Positions 25,501 to 40,500 of a stretch of 64,000 nt of DNA are shown here, piece by piece (positions within the stretch are counted from its first letter, which is position 1; each line of letters opens with the position of its first letter). Location: contig NMRA01000133.1 in assembly GCA_002633005.1 (NCBI GenBank), forward strand, positions 490,627-554,626, in the 5' to 3' direction. Position numbers and translations under genes: made by a program. Origin of the DNA: Phoronis australis. Its lineage: Eukaryota > Animalia > Phoronida. A model generated the notes under the pieces. It was given only the letters and a program-made list of their open reading frames with translations, ran no database searches and was not told where the DNA came from.

Positions 25501-28500
25501 GGCACATTATGCCTTATGTTCGTTGGCACATTACTGTAAACGCAACAATGCATTTTTGAGAGAGCAAAAGGTTGCAACAGATCTTGACTTGTCAATTTTC
25601 ACGAGTCATGTGATTGAGTTATGTGCTAACTGAAATCAAAGATACCACCGTCTCAAGTAAGACCAGACTTACACGAACCTTTAACTACAATGAGCCCCTG
25701 GAACGTGAACTCTGTCAAATACTTAAAAAATTCCATAAAACCAGTGAAGGTGTTTTGAATACAACCAATTGGGAAAGTTGAAGTTAGTTAGATTCGTCTG
25801 AAAATCAATGGTTCTGGCACCAACTAACCACATACGTTTGAGTCAAATTTCAAGATTTGTAAAGCGTTTTGACATAAGTGGCTACTAGATACACCAAAAA
25901 GACACCAATATTGTTTCAGAATTACTACTTAGAAATAAATGTTGATGAAATACCAAGCAACCACTAAGTCCAAACACATCTTGTAAATTCAGATTTGTAA
26001 CACTAGTTTTTGGAGTATAAAAGATACTAGACAAAGAACCTCAAACTGTGTATCCCTGAATCTATTCACATGTAACAGACTGATGCTGAGAGCTCACTTA
26101 ACAGAAATGTTGGGTCATATAGTTTAGAGTTATTCTGATCACTGTGTTGTCATTACCCCGATTACCAGAGCTACTCATGCATTGTGATGTGTTTTGGTTG
26201 CATTGCCGGCCAGTGACATTGCTTCCCGATGACAGTTTTATGTCAGTGAAATAAAAAAACCCCATTGACTACTTGGATCATGAATGGCGTCTCATTTTTC
26301 ATTTCCAGATTTGTAACAGTTACAGCTGCCCAACGGAAATAAGCCGTACTCAGTGACCTCTGTTGGTGACCTTGGTGAGATGACTGTATGCAACACATGA
26401 CGCAATACAAACGTTCAGTGAAAACTTGTTCTTTCCATGAAGTTTAGCCATGCACCTCAGACTGTAGTTAACAGTTGCATTGCCATGGCAACAGCTATAC
26501 ACTGTAGATAGTGAAATTACTTGTACTAATATTGATTATAAAATATATTGCCTGATCCACAACTTTACAGCACGGCATATTAATGTCACCTTCACTTAAC
26601 AAAAGAACTAATCATGAACGGGGCTTCGTTATTAATAAATGGTTCGCAACAACTTAACTTAGATCTGAATATTTTTCTAATAGTCACAATGTTCACTTTC
26701 ATTTACGATTATAGCAAACAAAAATTTGAATTACTTATCAGTCTTATCGATATAGCCTCTTTGCGTTTTTGTGTTTATGTGCATTTTGTAGTCCGTTTAT
26801 TTGTAATTAGATTGTTCAATATCCTATGCATTACTGGAGAAATCGTCTTTTGTAATTTTGATATCTGTCAGTAATGATCCTCTATATGTTTATTGTTATC
26901 ATAATGTTAATCTGCCTGCATATGATATCTTCGATATGTGTGCAGTATTTGTATCACTTCTTTTATTATTCTTAAGATGAAATAAAAGTTAATAAAAAAA
27001 ACCCACGGCCCTCAACAGTTTTAAATATACGTGACCTTGAACTAGTATGAACTAGAACTAGCATGAGCTGGAACTAGCGTGACCTAGAACTAACGTTACC
27101 TAGAACTAACGTTACTTAGAACTAATGTTACCTAGAACTAGCGTGACCTAGAATTAAAGTTACCTAGAACTAATGTTATCTAGAACTAACGTTAGCTAGA
27201 ACTAACATGACCTAGCAGCATGACTCGTAACTACCACATTGTCAACTTTCCAACAAAAGTTGACACTTGTTTGCGTATTTATGGCAGACTTGTGAAGTTG
27301 TCATCTTGATATGCAAATGACACCATCACATGACTGAAGCTTGACTGTATTCCATGGAAGTTAGTTTCTTGTGAAAAAAAGGAGTTCATTCCCACAGTTA
27401 ATTGGGAAATATAGCCATGTGCTGCAAGGAGCACATGATCAAACTAGCGCTACTTGAGACAATTTAACATTTACGTAATGTGCCCCAGATCGACACAGAG
27501 CAAACCAAGTCGTCATGACCTTTTACAGGATATATTCAAGCTGTGGTCAACAAACCAAGAACTGAGTGGGCGGGGCGGTCACACCTGAAGGAAAGCATGT
27601 CACGTGGCCACTGAGTGAGGAAAAATACAGATACATCATGGAGTTTTGTCAAGTAGTAAAATTGGGTGTTGCAAAAATATTAGTGAAAAGGGGGCATTTA
27701 GACACTGAGGATGGACAAAGGACTTTATGGAGACACAGCACTTCTAAGTGGAACTGCCCCGCCAAAAGTGGTACGGTTGGGAAGTACGCAAAGGCCACAC
27801 TCGGATCTATCCTCTACCTAATATGGAAGAAGCCTCATCTACCATTAATGATGACAACCCATTAGCAAATGATAACATGCAATCACACAACAGAAATACG
27901 CCACCCGACTATTGATACACCAATCCTTCATCTAGTACCTTAAGAACCGCTCCAGGCATGAGCTTTGTGTTCTCCCAAAAGGCTTTCAGTAAGAGAGGCA
28001 AATTTTAGTACATAATTAATTTCAAGTCATCACTCCAACTGTTCTAAAACAGGATGTGATTAAAGGAGAGACATACCTAATTACTTGCTCCTCAGTCACA
28101 AGTATCTAATTAGCGTACTGAAAGCCTAATTGCTAGAATGTGAATGTACAAGAGCAACTTGTAAGAGATGTCAAGAATTCTGATCACAGGTGAACTTCAG
28201 CTATGTGAATATGTCATAAAAGGCCATATTCAGCTCATAGACATACGTGAATGAATCGTGATAACAAGACAATTCAGCTCACGTAAGTCTGTGAATGTAT
28301 TATGAGAAGATATATTCAGCTCATAGAAAGAAATACTTAGCTCATAGGCAGGGCAGAAAAGGAAATAAGCTTCCGTATTTACTTAGCTTTCGAGAGAAAA
28401 TGAGGACTTCTGACATCATAAAATAAAACGTCAATTTATTTTGCTTCACATGTTGATTGGATGATTATTGGAACAACTATAGGAAAGCAATTTCAAATAT

Positions 28501-31500
28501 ACTCGACCCCAAATCAGCAGCTTGACTTGATTGAAGAAACATTGCAAAAGTTCGGGAGAAGTAAATGAATAATTTATTGGATGGCTCACCCACTCACAAC
28601 CAGCTCAATAGCTGCATCCGGTCATGTGTTTATTTCTGTCAATGACAAGTCTCGCTTTTGTTTGGATTTCCTGAGAAGTTCAAGAATAAAGTTTCCAGAG
28701 CTAACAGTTGTAGTTTTCCAAGGTTGCTGCGTCAGTTCAAGCCTGGAGATAATAGATCGTGGTTTTGGTTTGTTGGCCTATATATTAAGCACTTATTTAC
28801 AGTTCCTATGTCTCATTAAATTGTGAATATGCATATGAAGTACATAAACAACCACGAGTCTTACGGTGAGCCGGAAACCATACAAGAACCAGTTACCATT
28901 ACAATCTCGCTAAAGTCTCATTTTGCAGACTATTTTTATGTAGATGAGTACGGTAATGTCATCGATACCCTACTGAAACAAGGCACAGTTTTTATTATTT
29001 ATTTTATGATTAGTATTAGTACTTGGAAGAACAACAATCACAATCACAGTGGCTGCACTTATCAATTCTTCCACCAGAACCAGGTAAAATATCTGCTTGG
29101 TTTGCAAGCTGGAAGTCATCATCCAGAATGAATCTAGTGTCTCAGCCAGTTCACCAGGCACCGGTCGAGTGAATCAACTACAGCTGATATCACCATGTTA
29201 AAATGTACATTTTCCTACCACATTTAATCCAAAATCCTCTAAAAACATAAAAAGGGGAAAACTCGATTAGTCATAACGAAGAACAGAGCTAGACGGTCAC
29301 CAACAGATGTCACTATCCCCTGTTATTATTATTCATCTAGGTCACCGTTCATAAATTATGAGAAAAATCATTAATTTCATGAGAGCAGACGACACTGACA
29401 TGACTGAATTAACACAGCTGACATTTTCACTACCCTACATTTCTGCTAAAACATACAATTTGCATGCAGTTGACATTTTCAGTGCTATATACCTCAAGGC
29501 ATCATACTTCAACACACACTCTTGACTTGGTCGTCTCACTGTTCTATTATTTCTACACTAAAACTGACCCTTCTTATTTTAGAAAGGTTTCTAATCTTGT
29601 TGTGAATGGTCTCAATTTATCAGAACGAAAGGTTTGTTGGTAGCAATGGTAATGAAAAAAATTAAAATTTTCTTGCATGCCACCACAGAGCATATTAAGC
29701 TTATGCTCTGTGGTGGCATTACTGCGTCATTTTATCTTTGCTTGAGAATGAAACAAGAATGTTTCGAAATATCGTGTAACTTTTAATTATGTCGCTAGGT
29801 CAATATAGATTATTACATGGCGAAGTCGTTCTCCCCCATTATCTAGAGCCCGAGTGGATTTTGTAGAATTATCGCCCGAAAGGCTAACGCTCCTCAGGCG
29901 ATAATTCTACAAAATCCACTCGGGCTCAAGATAAGGGGGATAACCGCTGAGAACATGTAATAATCTATTTATACCACATACTGAACGAGAAATATTGCAA
30001 TGAATCGATCTACCTTTCTCGACTTGCCTTGGCTTTGTAACTACTTTCTATGTCAGAGGTCGTGACCTTTTAAGAAAAGCCGAGCTATTTTTGTCAAATA
30101 AATGCTTTTACTCAAAATCAATTGAACATTTCAACAAAATAGAAATAAAGTGAATCTATAAATTAAGGTTTAGCAACTATTATAGCTTACTACACATTTT
30201 ACATGCTAAGCTTCGACTGGGAAAATATTGTCTGCTAAAGTAGGTTACCACTGGTAACTGAGTATAATGGTCAAACCAAAGGATCTTGACTACACGATAT
30301 CCGCAAGTTGGAGATCGGTGATTTACAAGTGAGAACACGAGAGAAAAATTTCTCTGAATTAAAATATCGTTGTTATGGAAATTATGTCTTATTTTCATAG
30401 CGCATAAATGTAGGTACTGATGCCCTTTATTGAACATGCGATTGTTGCGCGTGCTCAATTAAGTATTCTATTTTCCCGCTCGAGGACGTCAGCTGCTGAG
30501 TGGTGTAGTGGTAAAGTCGGCGACCCGAAACTCTTGAGGCCCAGGTTTGAAACCGGCCTCGGTTTCCTGCCAAAATGTTATCTCACTAGTGAGATAACTA
30601 AATGGGTTATTACACAGTTGTAGTTGCCATTCGAGGCTAATATTGTGGTATAAGTCACTTTATCTATGTTCAGTTGAGAGTAGAGTTTTGTTCCGAAGGT
30701 ATGAACGTATCGGAATAAAGACTGTCAACAACGAAAAGCGTCGTGCGTTTAATCCATTCTGTATATCTGAAAACTTGCTCCCGAAGTACAGCTAATGACT
30801 ATCAGAAAATACCTTCAGACATGCCATTGTATACAATGCGGATGGGTTGTTTTGATTTAATGGATGAACATCAAGCTAATACTTCCAACCCATGTAAACA
30901 CAGCTATATTTCGCCATCTTTGGCCAACAAACATTAGTTGTAAAGGAAAGCGCTCAACAGTTTCAAGATGCACTTGCAATGCAGAACAACAGCAAAAAAG
31001 AAAACGGAAAAGGAAAAATGACCATCAATGAATGTGTAAGGATAAGGAAAAATGGTCATCACTGAACGTGTAATTGAAACTTCAGGGTCTGATGATCATG
31101 CCAGGATAAACCATCAGTTAATATCTACAGAGTAAGTGCAACGTGAAAGAAATTTGTTTTCATCAAGGCTTGACATTAACCTTTTGTCAAACAGTCGGTG
31201 AAGTAGAAATGAAATTTACTTGACCTTTGTCCTGACCTTTAACTCAAACCGAAGTCACTTGTACTCGTTCAATCATAGATGGAGGAATTCACATTTCTTT
31301 ATTTCTTTTCATGTTTTTGCTTCGTTTCTTCACGTCCTTTGATTTGTTTTATGCATGTCGTAAGTGAATCAAATGTCACAAAACTTCACTGAGGCATGAA
31401 AATGAGTAAACGATGCTTTCATTGTTTTTAAAAGTAATCAAAACACACAGTAGAGAATCTGTTGCTGTCATATGCCATATTGGGTTTTACCTTTGTGGGA

Positions 31501-34500
31501 CTCACAATGCAACAGTAGACACACCAACATGTCCCCCCTAGCGTTCCTTCAGCTATGAAAACACATCAAACGTGAAACAAATAGGCATACAAACATCTAA
31601 TCCAACAAAGTTCTCCGCACTCAGTCTATAGATCCGTTTCAACAATGTGCTTACACTCATTTGTGCCATGCTTTGTAACTTCGCTATTCCAAATAGTCAC
31701 AAAAAACTGGCTTTTATTAGAAATTTGTTACCCATTAGGTTTATCAAGCGACGTACCCCACAATTCAGTTGAAACGTATGGCACTGGCTATAGTAGAACA
31801 CTTGAAGTACTAGACAGTACAGTTGCAGTACACGACACTTTAAGGTGAAAACAAAAATGGCAAGAAGTGAGAGATCACTGAGAGAAATCTGTTTAAGACT
31901 TGGAAAGAAGAAATCAATAAAGTGCATGGATATCTGTGTGGAGTGTATGGATATCTGTGTGGAGTGTATGGATATCTGTGTGGAGTGTCCTTTATTTCAC
32001 GTCTTCTTTAAGTTTCCTGAACCAGCGAGATGGGTAAACAGTTGATTCCGGAAATCTGTAACTTCTGCAGACACAAATTTTCCACACAGGATGTATCGCT
32101 GGGCTTGTCAAGCCATACTAGAGTCGCTATGGTAACAATGGTAGGCATGAACTAACAGCATTTATTGGAACATCTAGACACATAGCAAAATTTTTTTTCT
32201 GTGGTTATGTTGGAATGCGTTCATTCCTATTTTATGTTATTTCAAACTTGGCTTTTTTGGTCTGCCGTCACTGTTTAAAAACTGCAATTCAAAGCGGAAT
32301 CAACAATTGGTCGAACTTCAAAACCATTTGCCCGGACTTCAAAACCAGCTGGCTGGACTGTAAAACCTAATGGCTGGTGTTCTACTTGGAACACGAATCA
32401 ATACCGTGAAAAACAGCAGTACTTACCAATAGGGTCCACATGGTCCAGATGATCAATAAAGTCCCTTTTGCCCAGGTAAGCTGTGATCTATAATCAGGTA
32501 AATTTAGTTAAAACTGCATTTCATCAGAGGTGAGGTGCTACAAACGAAGAAGGGTTTAAAATAAGTCTTGTAATTCACCTTGCCATGATAGAAGAAAATG
32601 TTTCAGAGTTTTTGGGGCTAGTCAACCTAAAGTTGTTAATTCAACAATGGCGCATGTATGCACTTTCTGTTACTTGAGTTTGCAGCTCATTTGGTAACAA
32701 TTCTAGATCGGATGAGCATGGTGATGTTTTTAGACCCCCCCCCCGAAGTGCTGTAGTTAAGAACTGACAGCTTCCTTAACAGCAGTGAAATGCTCCTTTA
32801 AAAAGACCATAGCAAGGGAACACACATGGGAACAGACATTTTCATGCAAAAATAAATACAAAATCTTTAGTGGTGTTACTACAGGAGTACACACGCACAC
32901 GCACACGCACACGCACACACACACACACACACGAGTTTCCAATTTAACAATGCCTCTTGTGATTTTATTTCTGTTTTCTTCCATATATTAAGGTGACAAG
33001 TTGGAAGATTCAAAAATGATTTTCGTGCAACAAAAGTTGAGACGTTTGGAAGACTGCGACTGTAGAGGAAAGATCCCCAGAACGAAAGAAAAATTTCTTA
33101 TCTTGAGAAGCAACAACAGCAAGATCGCTTAATAAAACTAGCGCTTCACAGAGCATGTCACAGGTACCAAATTTTTCCAACCACTTTAATCCAGCAGCCG
33201 CATTTGCAAATAGCGAACTAAAAAGCTGGTACATGAACACTAATACATGTCCTTTTTGAAGTCAAGTTGACACTTAAGCCAACAACAATTCAAGCTTTGT
33301 AGGAAAACGCACACCGAAAAACTGCTGTGTCCACAGTGTGGAGCCACAGTGTACCAGGAAATGATTAGTTTTTGACTAAAGAAACAGATTTTGTTTCTTT
33401 ATGCAGAGCAAATACAGAAAGACCAGGTAAGACAAAACGCCAATTTATTAATATCTGGAAATATTGACCTAAAATGAGTTGGACAATTTCAAGGAAGTGA
33501 TGACAGGCTGTTAATACCTGTTACTCAGAAAATCAATTTCCTAAACTTAGAGTTCTGTAAAAAGATTGAAGGAAACCTCCAAACACACCAATGAAATTAG
33601 CTTGTACGTTGCTGTCCTGGAGCATGTTTTACAAAAGGGCATACACCTGTTCTTAAAGCGTCGTAACTTGAATTTAGCTGGCACACAGTTCATTGAACGC
33701 ATTTAGGAAGGTGGTCTCTGAAGACGGCATTTAAGTTTAATTCAGTAACAACATTTTACTCTTATCCAAAATGCAACTTCACAATCCCAACAATGTGCCA
33801 ATGATAGTCTTAGTTATGACCAGGCAGACAAATTTCAATAAAACCAGCCCTTGCTGAAGACCTATTGCAAGACTGTCTAACCTAAAATTAAACAAATTTA
33901 CCTTTCCATTTGGACTGCTCTTCTTGAACACCCTGAAAAACAAATAAAGACAGGTTGCAAAACAAAAAACAATTATCAAAAGCAAAATTTGTCCGGTCTG
34001 TATCGAGGCATACTGGCTAAATACAGTAAGGGCAGACATTTATGGTCAGCAACAACTCCTTCCAAAGCCATAGTGTGCCCAATGTTCACACTTGGGCGAA
34101 CACGGTACCAGTCTAGCTATTAGGGGCTAAAATGCCATGTGGACAATACTTAATATGAACAATAACAACCTTTCTTTTCACCATTCATAATATTTAGCCC
34201 AAATTAGAGCAAGCATTTTCCTTGGGACGTATGAAGTCAGGTGGTTAGAATACAGATGTTTGGGAAAATGCCTTCAGTTTTCTGATTAAGTCTTGTTGGA
34301 GAAGAGGAGATGTTAGAACAAATGGTGAATTTCCAAGACAATTACCATTACGGTCTTTATACTTCACTCCGAATACAAGTGACATCTGGTGTACACGGTC
34401 AGAAATGACAAATGGCACTGCCACAGAAAACTGAACCGACTGTTTCCTTCCGAAATTAGGTGAATTGCTGGCTAATTCAAAGGAACAGACCGAGACTATT

Positions 34501-37500
34501 CCTTGCATTATGTAGTTCATAAAACATGTAGTGGAATAAATCGAGAATCTTACACGAGTCGCAGGTTCATGGCCAGTTCAGTACATTGACATACTGACAT
34601 CACAGACTGATTATCTATCATGCAAGTGATTTCTCAAATTATAATTTATAGATGATTTTAAAAGCTTAATTCTACTTCTTTAAGTACTAACACATCCACA
34701 GAACTACACCAATGTGGAGAAACATTTGAGTAAGTTATTATGAGTGCCAAACAATTGCCAGTGCTAAACATTTAGTATCACCCAGCCTACTGCAAAAGAT
34801 GTCACATAATTTGCATGAATTATTACCCAAAAGTACCAAAAAGACAGGAAAATATTGCACAGCTTATTTTCCCATGTACGGCATTACGTCACAGAGATTA
34901 GACACTGGAGCCAAGTCCTCTGCAACCAAAGCTGTGGTAAATCTCCACATAACAAGCAACGCATTAAAAGTTGACAGAAAATTCATAGCAAATCTTCATG
35001 TAAAATTACAAGCAACACAAGTTTACAGAAAATTCATGGCAAATCTTCATGTAACAACAAGCAACACAAGTTGACAGAAAATTCAACTTCAAACACTTGC
35101 CAATCATTGACGAAGAAATAAAAGGATGCTTGTTCATTTTTGAAAATATTTCCACAGAAGTTCGATCCATCTGAAAATCAGCCACTCGAACACTTCTGTC
35201 CGTTAGAGCACTGATTGGTGTTCGCAACTGGTCTTGTGGCAAGTTCTCCGAACTGAAAATCTATGGACTTCAATTTCGGAGGTCATAGGTGGCCTGAGGC
35301 GACCGTCTGGTTCAGGTTAAGCGTCCATTGCTTAGGTAGGCACATATCCCCAATTTCTTGAAATTTCTGATATAAGCGCCCAACTCTAGGTTCAGCACCC
35401 ACCTCCCTATTTGTAGATTCACCATTAAATGACCAGAGCATGAACCCAAATATTTACAATATAATGTATCTGCATCCTATGAAAAATAAAAGGTTCATCA
35501 ATGCAAGTGTATTTTACAAATAGTGAAAAACTGTCTTGACTAATAACTTTTCAAAGCAGCTACAAGTTTTCAGATGTTTTAGAAAATTTGGCTAACACAG
35601 TTAAAAGTCTAGCAGTCACTCTATAAAGCACTAGTTTTCAAATTACAAATCTATATCACCATGGCAACTAAGTAGAACAATTTATTTCATTCCAATCCAG
35701 TGGGATGCCAAGTCTAAAGAAGAAAAACAGACAAGCAATATATTTTAAGGCACCAAGGCAGTTGATTTTCTGCCAACTGTTCAGTTCCACCACAGTGTGA
35801 CTCATTGTGATATTTCTCATTGCCACAAAAGTCATCGTAATGTGTGACCATCGCCACACAGAGTCACAGGTTAAGTATTTAGAATAACTGCAACAGTGGT
35901 AAGAAGTAACATTGCCCTCTCTTGCCTGAGTGAAAAGCGTTTGTTCGTGTCTTCATTAGAGGAATTTTTTGGGTTGTGGGGTAAATACCTTAACCCTTGT
36001 AATCACCAAGAACACCCACTGGTCGCCACCAAGTCCACCCCTGGTCACCACCAAGTCCACCCCAGGTCACCACCTCATAAGCAATGTAGTTGTCAAAAAT
36101 AAGTTTTTTGTATTTGTTTCAAAGCCTCACCTTATACACTGCCAAGAGCAGACCACCCAACAGCCATGGCATTAGTGAGTACATCAAAAAGGAGAAAACA
36201 AAAATTAAGGTGCCAAAAATTCTATATTTTCGGAACGAACGTGAACGTACTACCAGGCAGTAATCACTCCATCAGCTGGCCAAAATCTAAAACAATTGGT
36301 TTTCTACATATCTCCTGGAAACGCTCTCACATAAAATGGCCACTAGGAAGCACTGCAATGGTCAAATTCACCCAAAAATCTAACAGTGCTGGCATATTCT
36401 TATCATATACAGTCTATACTAAGTATAATTGAAATCTGCCAATCCGTTCTCTAGATATCATCCATAAAATGCTCTTGCCACAAACAACCCTTGAAAAGTC
36501 CTTTGTCGCCATTACATCTCAATTTCATAGGAAAGCGTGTCAACAGGTAATAGCAGTATGCCCTGGCACACCACAAGAGATTGTCATCCTCATCATCAAT
36601 GCCCGTCACCCCTACCAGGGTATAGGCCACGAATCAAGAGATTTCCATTTTGTTCTGTCCTGGGCGATTCCTTCTAGCTGTCTCCATGAGTATCCTAACT
36701 TCTCCATGTCATCGGTGATGCATCTTCTCCAGGTCATTCGTGGTCTGCCTCTATTTCGTTTACCCTGTGGGTTCCACTTTAATGCGTGTTTGGAAGTGCT
36801 ACTTGTTGGTCTTCTTAGTGTATGTCCAATCCAGCGCGATCTCCTCTTCCACTGGTGTCGGTCCTGTTCTTCCCCACAATTCTTCATTTCTTATCCTTTC
36901 TGGCAACTGTATGCTCAAAATTTTTCTCAGGCATGAATTGACAAAAGTTTGCAGTCTCTTGAAGTTTGTTTTTGTGTTTGTCCAGGTCATTGTGGTGGAC
37001 TTTAATCCTGGCATCAATTTCAACAACACGACCACGCATTACTAATGACGCTAACAATTAGATATTCACTGGCAACGACAATGACCTTAGTCCAGCCGAC
37101 AGGACAGTAATCAGGTATGCATTCCAAAGATGTGAAACCCTCACAGAAATCCAAAATCATGCAAGATTTCACAAGATATTGCCGAGTATTAAAAGTACAG
37201 CATGTGATCACTCTAGCGTCTTTCGCGAGGTTCTCTGTATAAGGAAGTTTCCACTTGTTTTGATTCAGAAATACAGCAGAAAAATTACGAGGTGGGCACA
37301 AACCCAAGCAGTGAGTGCTTAATTGAAAATTGTCAAAAGTAGAGGGTGGGCAATCAGCTAACAAGTGGGCACTTTATTCGGAAATTTTTAAAGACAAGGG
37401 ATTAGTACTTATGGCATGTTTGTTGGTGTCTGTACACTTCTGACAAATTTGTGTTTCCACTTGTGGAGATCACTGTTCAAAAAATCACCTACAGGTGTTG

Positions 37501-40500
37501 CATCAAGCACGGGCTTTAAAGCCAGAAGTAAAAACAATCAATTTGGAGGAAACAAGTGTCCAGTACTGCTCCTTGTTTATGGCTCTAATGATTTCACGTG
37601 TCGAGTACTGCTACTTGTTTATGGCTCTAATGATTTCACGTGTCGAGTACTGCTACTTGTTTATGGCTCTAATTATTTCACGTGTCGAGTACTGCTACTT
37701 GTTTATGGCTCTAATGATTTCACGTGTCCAGCACTGCTACTTGTTTATGGCTCTAATGATTTCACGTGTCGAGAACTGCTACTTGTTTATGGCTCTAATG
37801 ATTTCACGTGTCCAATACTGCTACTCGTTTATGGCTCTAATGATTTCATGTGTCCAGTACTGCTACTTGTTTATGGCTCTAATGATTTCATGTGTCCAGT
37901 ACTGCTACTTGTTTATGGCTCTAATGATTTCATGAAGCCTATAAACTAGATCAGCTTCAGCTTCATTGACCACTTCTTTCTGTGGTAAGAGCTAATTACA
38001 GGCACTACCTTAAGTAGACTTGAGGTGATAACACAACCAAGGAGAAGGTGCAATCAACATGACCAAGATTACCAATCAACCAACCAATGCTTGCTTCAAA
38101 GGCATCTTTGAGAAATAAACAACTTTCATTGATTTTCAGTAGCAATGTATTACTGTCATGTTTGTCCGTAACACAAGTTTCCACAAATGGTACTAGCCAC
38201 CTCACCAAGCACTAAATTTTACTTTAGGATTAAAAGGCTCTTTCATACTGACTTAACTTTAATCCGAGCGTCGACACAAACTGCGAATTTAACTGAACCG
38301 TAGTTAACGGACATCAAAGTAAACAGTAGGTGACGCTGTTGTCATCGAAGTAATCGCAAGGTGGCGCTGATGCATCACGTGCATGCTAAGATTTTTTTAA
38401 TGATACAATTTGGGAACATTTACACGTGTTCATTGACATAAAACTTATTTCTAATTCCATTGGTGATTATTCGAGCAAAATTCAAGCAACTATTATTGAC
38501 GACCCTTCCCTTTAATTGTTGATGAAAATAGTGGCCCCTAGCGATAATTTCGATGGTACCGAAATTGACTGTTCATACTGTATGGCAGCGTGGACGCTCC
38601 GCTGTTAAATCCACCTGTTATTTTAAAACTTTGACCCAGGACTGAAGTTAACTGTTCATACTGACCGCGCGACGTGTTGATGTTAGTATGAAAGGGTCAA
38701 AAGATTGATAAACATCAGTAACTGAAGATTCTGAAATTCTATTTCAACATGCAATGTATAAATTTCCATTCTTTGAACAACAATTTTTTGAAACTGCTTA
38801 ATGAAGAAAAACTAATTTTAGACAATATCCACGCATCACAGATCACATATAAAAATTCTTGAAGAACTTGTTCTCATGATCTTATTACCATAGTCTTCCC
38901 TTGAATGCCACTTAACAAACATTAACAACATACCCATAGGACGTCACCATATGTACTTCTCTCAAGAAGAACTTTTCACACACAGACAAGATGGGACAGA
39001 CAGACAAGCACACTGGTGCAACAGGGCTGTGTTTTGACAGCAACCAGAGCACCACATTTAGGCCTGACTGAACATGCGTCTGGTGTCACAGTCTGCCTCA
39101 CTAATGTTTTATGTCCAATCAAGATATTTTGGTCTTAGTTTCAAGTGGTTCACCCTGACAGATGGCTTCCTTCTCTATACAAATCAAGCTGGGACAACTG
39201 GGAGGTTTTTTTTCTATCTTCAATACATTGTTTTAAGCAGCCAAAAATAGAAGATCTGCAGATCCTGACACCTGATGGTAACCTGGGGTTTATTCAGGAT
39301 TTCAAAACAGGGCATCCAAGATGGGTTTGCCCAAGTTCCTAGTACGTCCATAACCAATGACGCGTGACGGCGTTTTTTATGACTCCAAGTCAATTGCTGT
39401 TGTAGTGTGGTATGTTACTGTGGAGACTTATTGTATCTATCCTACATCATGTCTAAACCAACATTTTTATTCTCGTGTAAGCCAATGAGCTCGCAGTGTG
39501 TCCAAATGATGAACGGGGTGGCCTAGCTAGGGTGCCTAAATTTCAGTCAGGTTGCTCACTTGGGATGCCCTAGAACCTTCTAGATTAAGGTTTGGTGGTA
39601 ATTCTGGCAAAAAAACAGAAAAATGGTAAAAACATATTCCGTGACACATTGGTGGATCAAAAATGACCAACATACTCATCAGGATAAAATGAGAACAAAG
39701 TGATATAGCCAAAGGGCTCCATCCTGACCAACCACATAAAACAAGCACTAACTTCGTTTATTTCACATGTCGGTTTTTGTGCCCATCGCAACAATTAATT
39801 CAAAACATTGATCATTGTGCAATGTGGTGTAGCTTACAAAGTGCTTAATACAGAACTAGATAAGATTATATCATCAGCATGGTGCATTCATAGAATAAAG
39901 GAACATCGATTCCTACAGGTAGGTAAGACCCTAGTTATTCTAGCGCCACCTAGTGAGTCAACTTACATGATATGCAATAACTAATGACTTTGTCTCAGAG
40001 AACCAGATTGACAAGAGGGCAGACCAGAATGTAACACACACATAGTATTTCTAGCTAATAAGAATTTTTGTAGATAAGGTGCAACAACAATTATTGTCCC
40101 ATGTCCCTAGACATCATGCTGCCAACCTCTTGTTGCACGGCGGGAATTCACCTGAGTTTTCAGACCTCAAGTTTTCCACAGCATGTCTTAGCAAGACCTT
40201 ATCTGATGTGATGCCACAAGATGGGATCTTGCCCTACTAATTTGCTACGTTTTTAAACCTGCAAATTGTCTATCTACTGAATGGCAGCACTGGAGTCAGT
40301 AAACAAATGCAGCCAATTTTGAGACTGAGCACCAGACAGTGAAATGTGAGAGTGTGAATCATGATGTTTAAAGATCTACCTGAGATAAACCTACTGCCAG
40401 TCAAATGCCATAATCTGCCTGACACACGCCCACATCCCTAAACACAGTACACCAATCTCGCCCACATCCCTAAACACAGTACACCAATCTTGACTTCAGC

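Noticed and set aside
30495-30563. tRNA gene
   Set aside because: A/B-box-like motifs are present, but the T-loop reads TTTGA and the anticodon stem pairs poorly; it lies inside a repeat-like element, so it is tRNA-derived at most.
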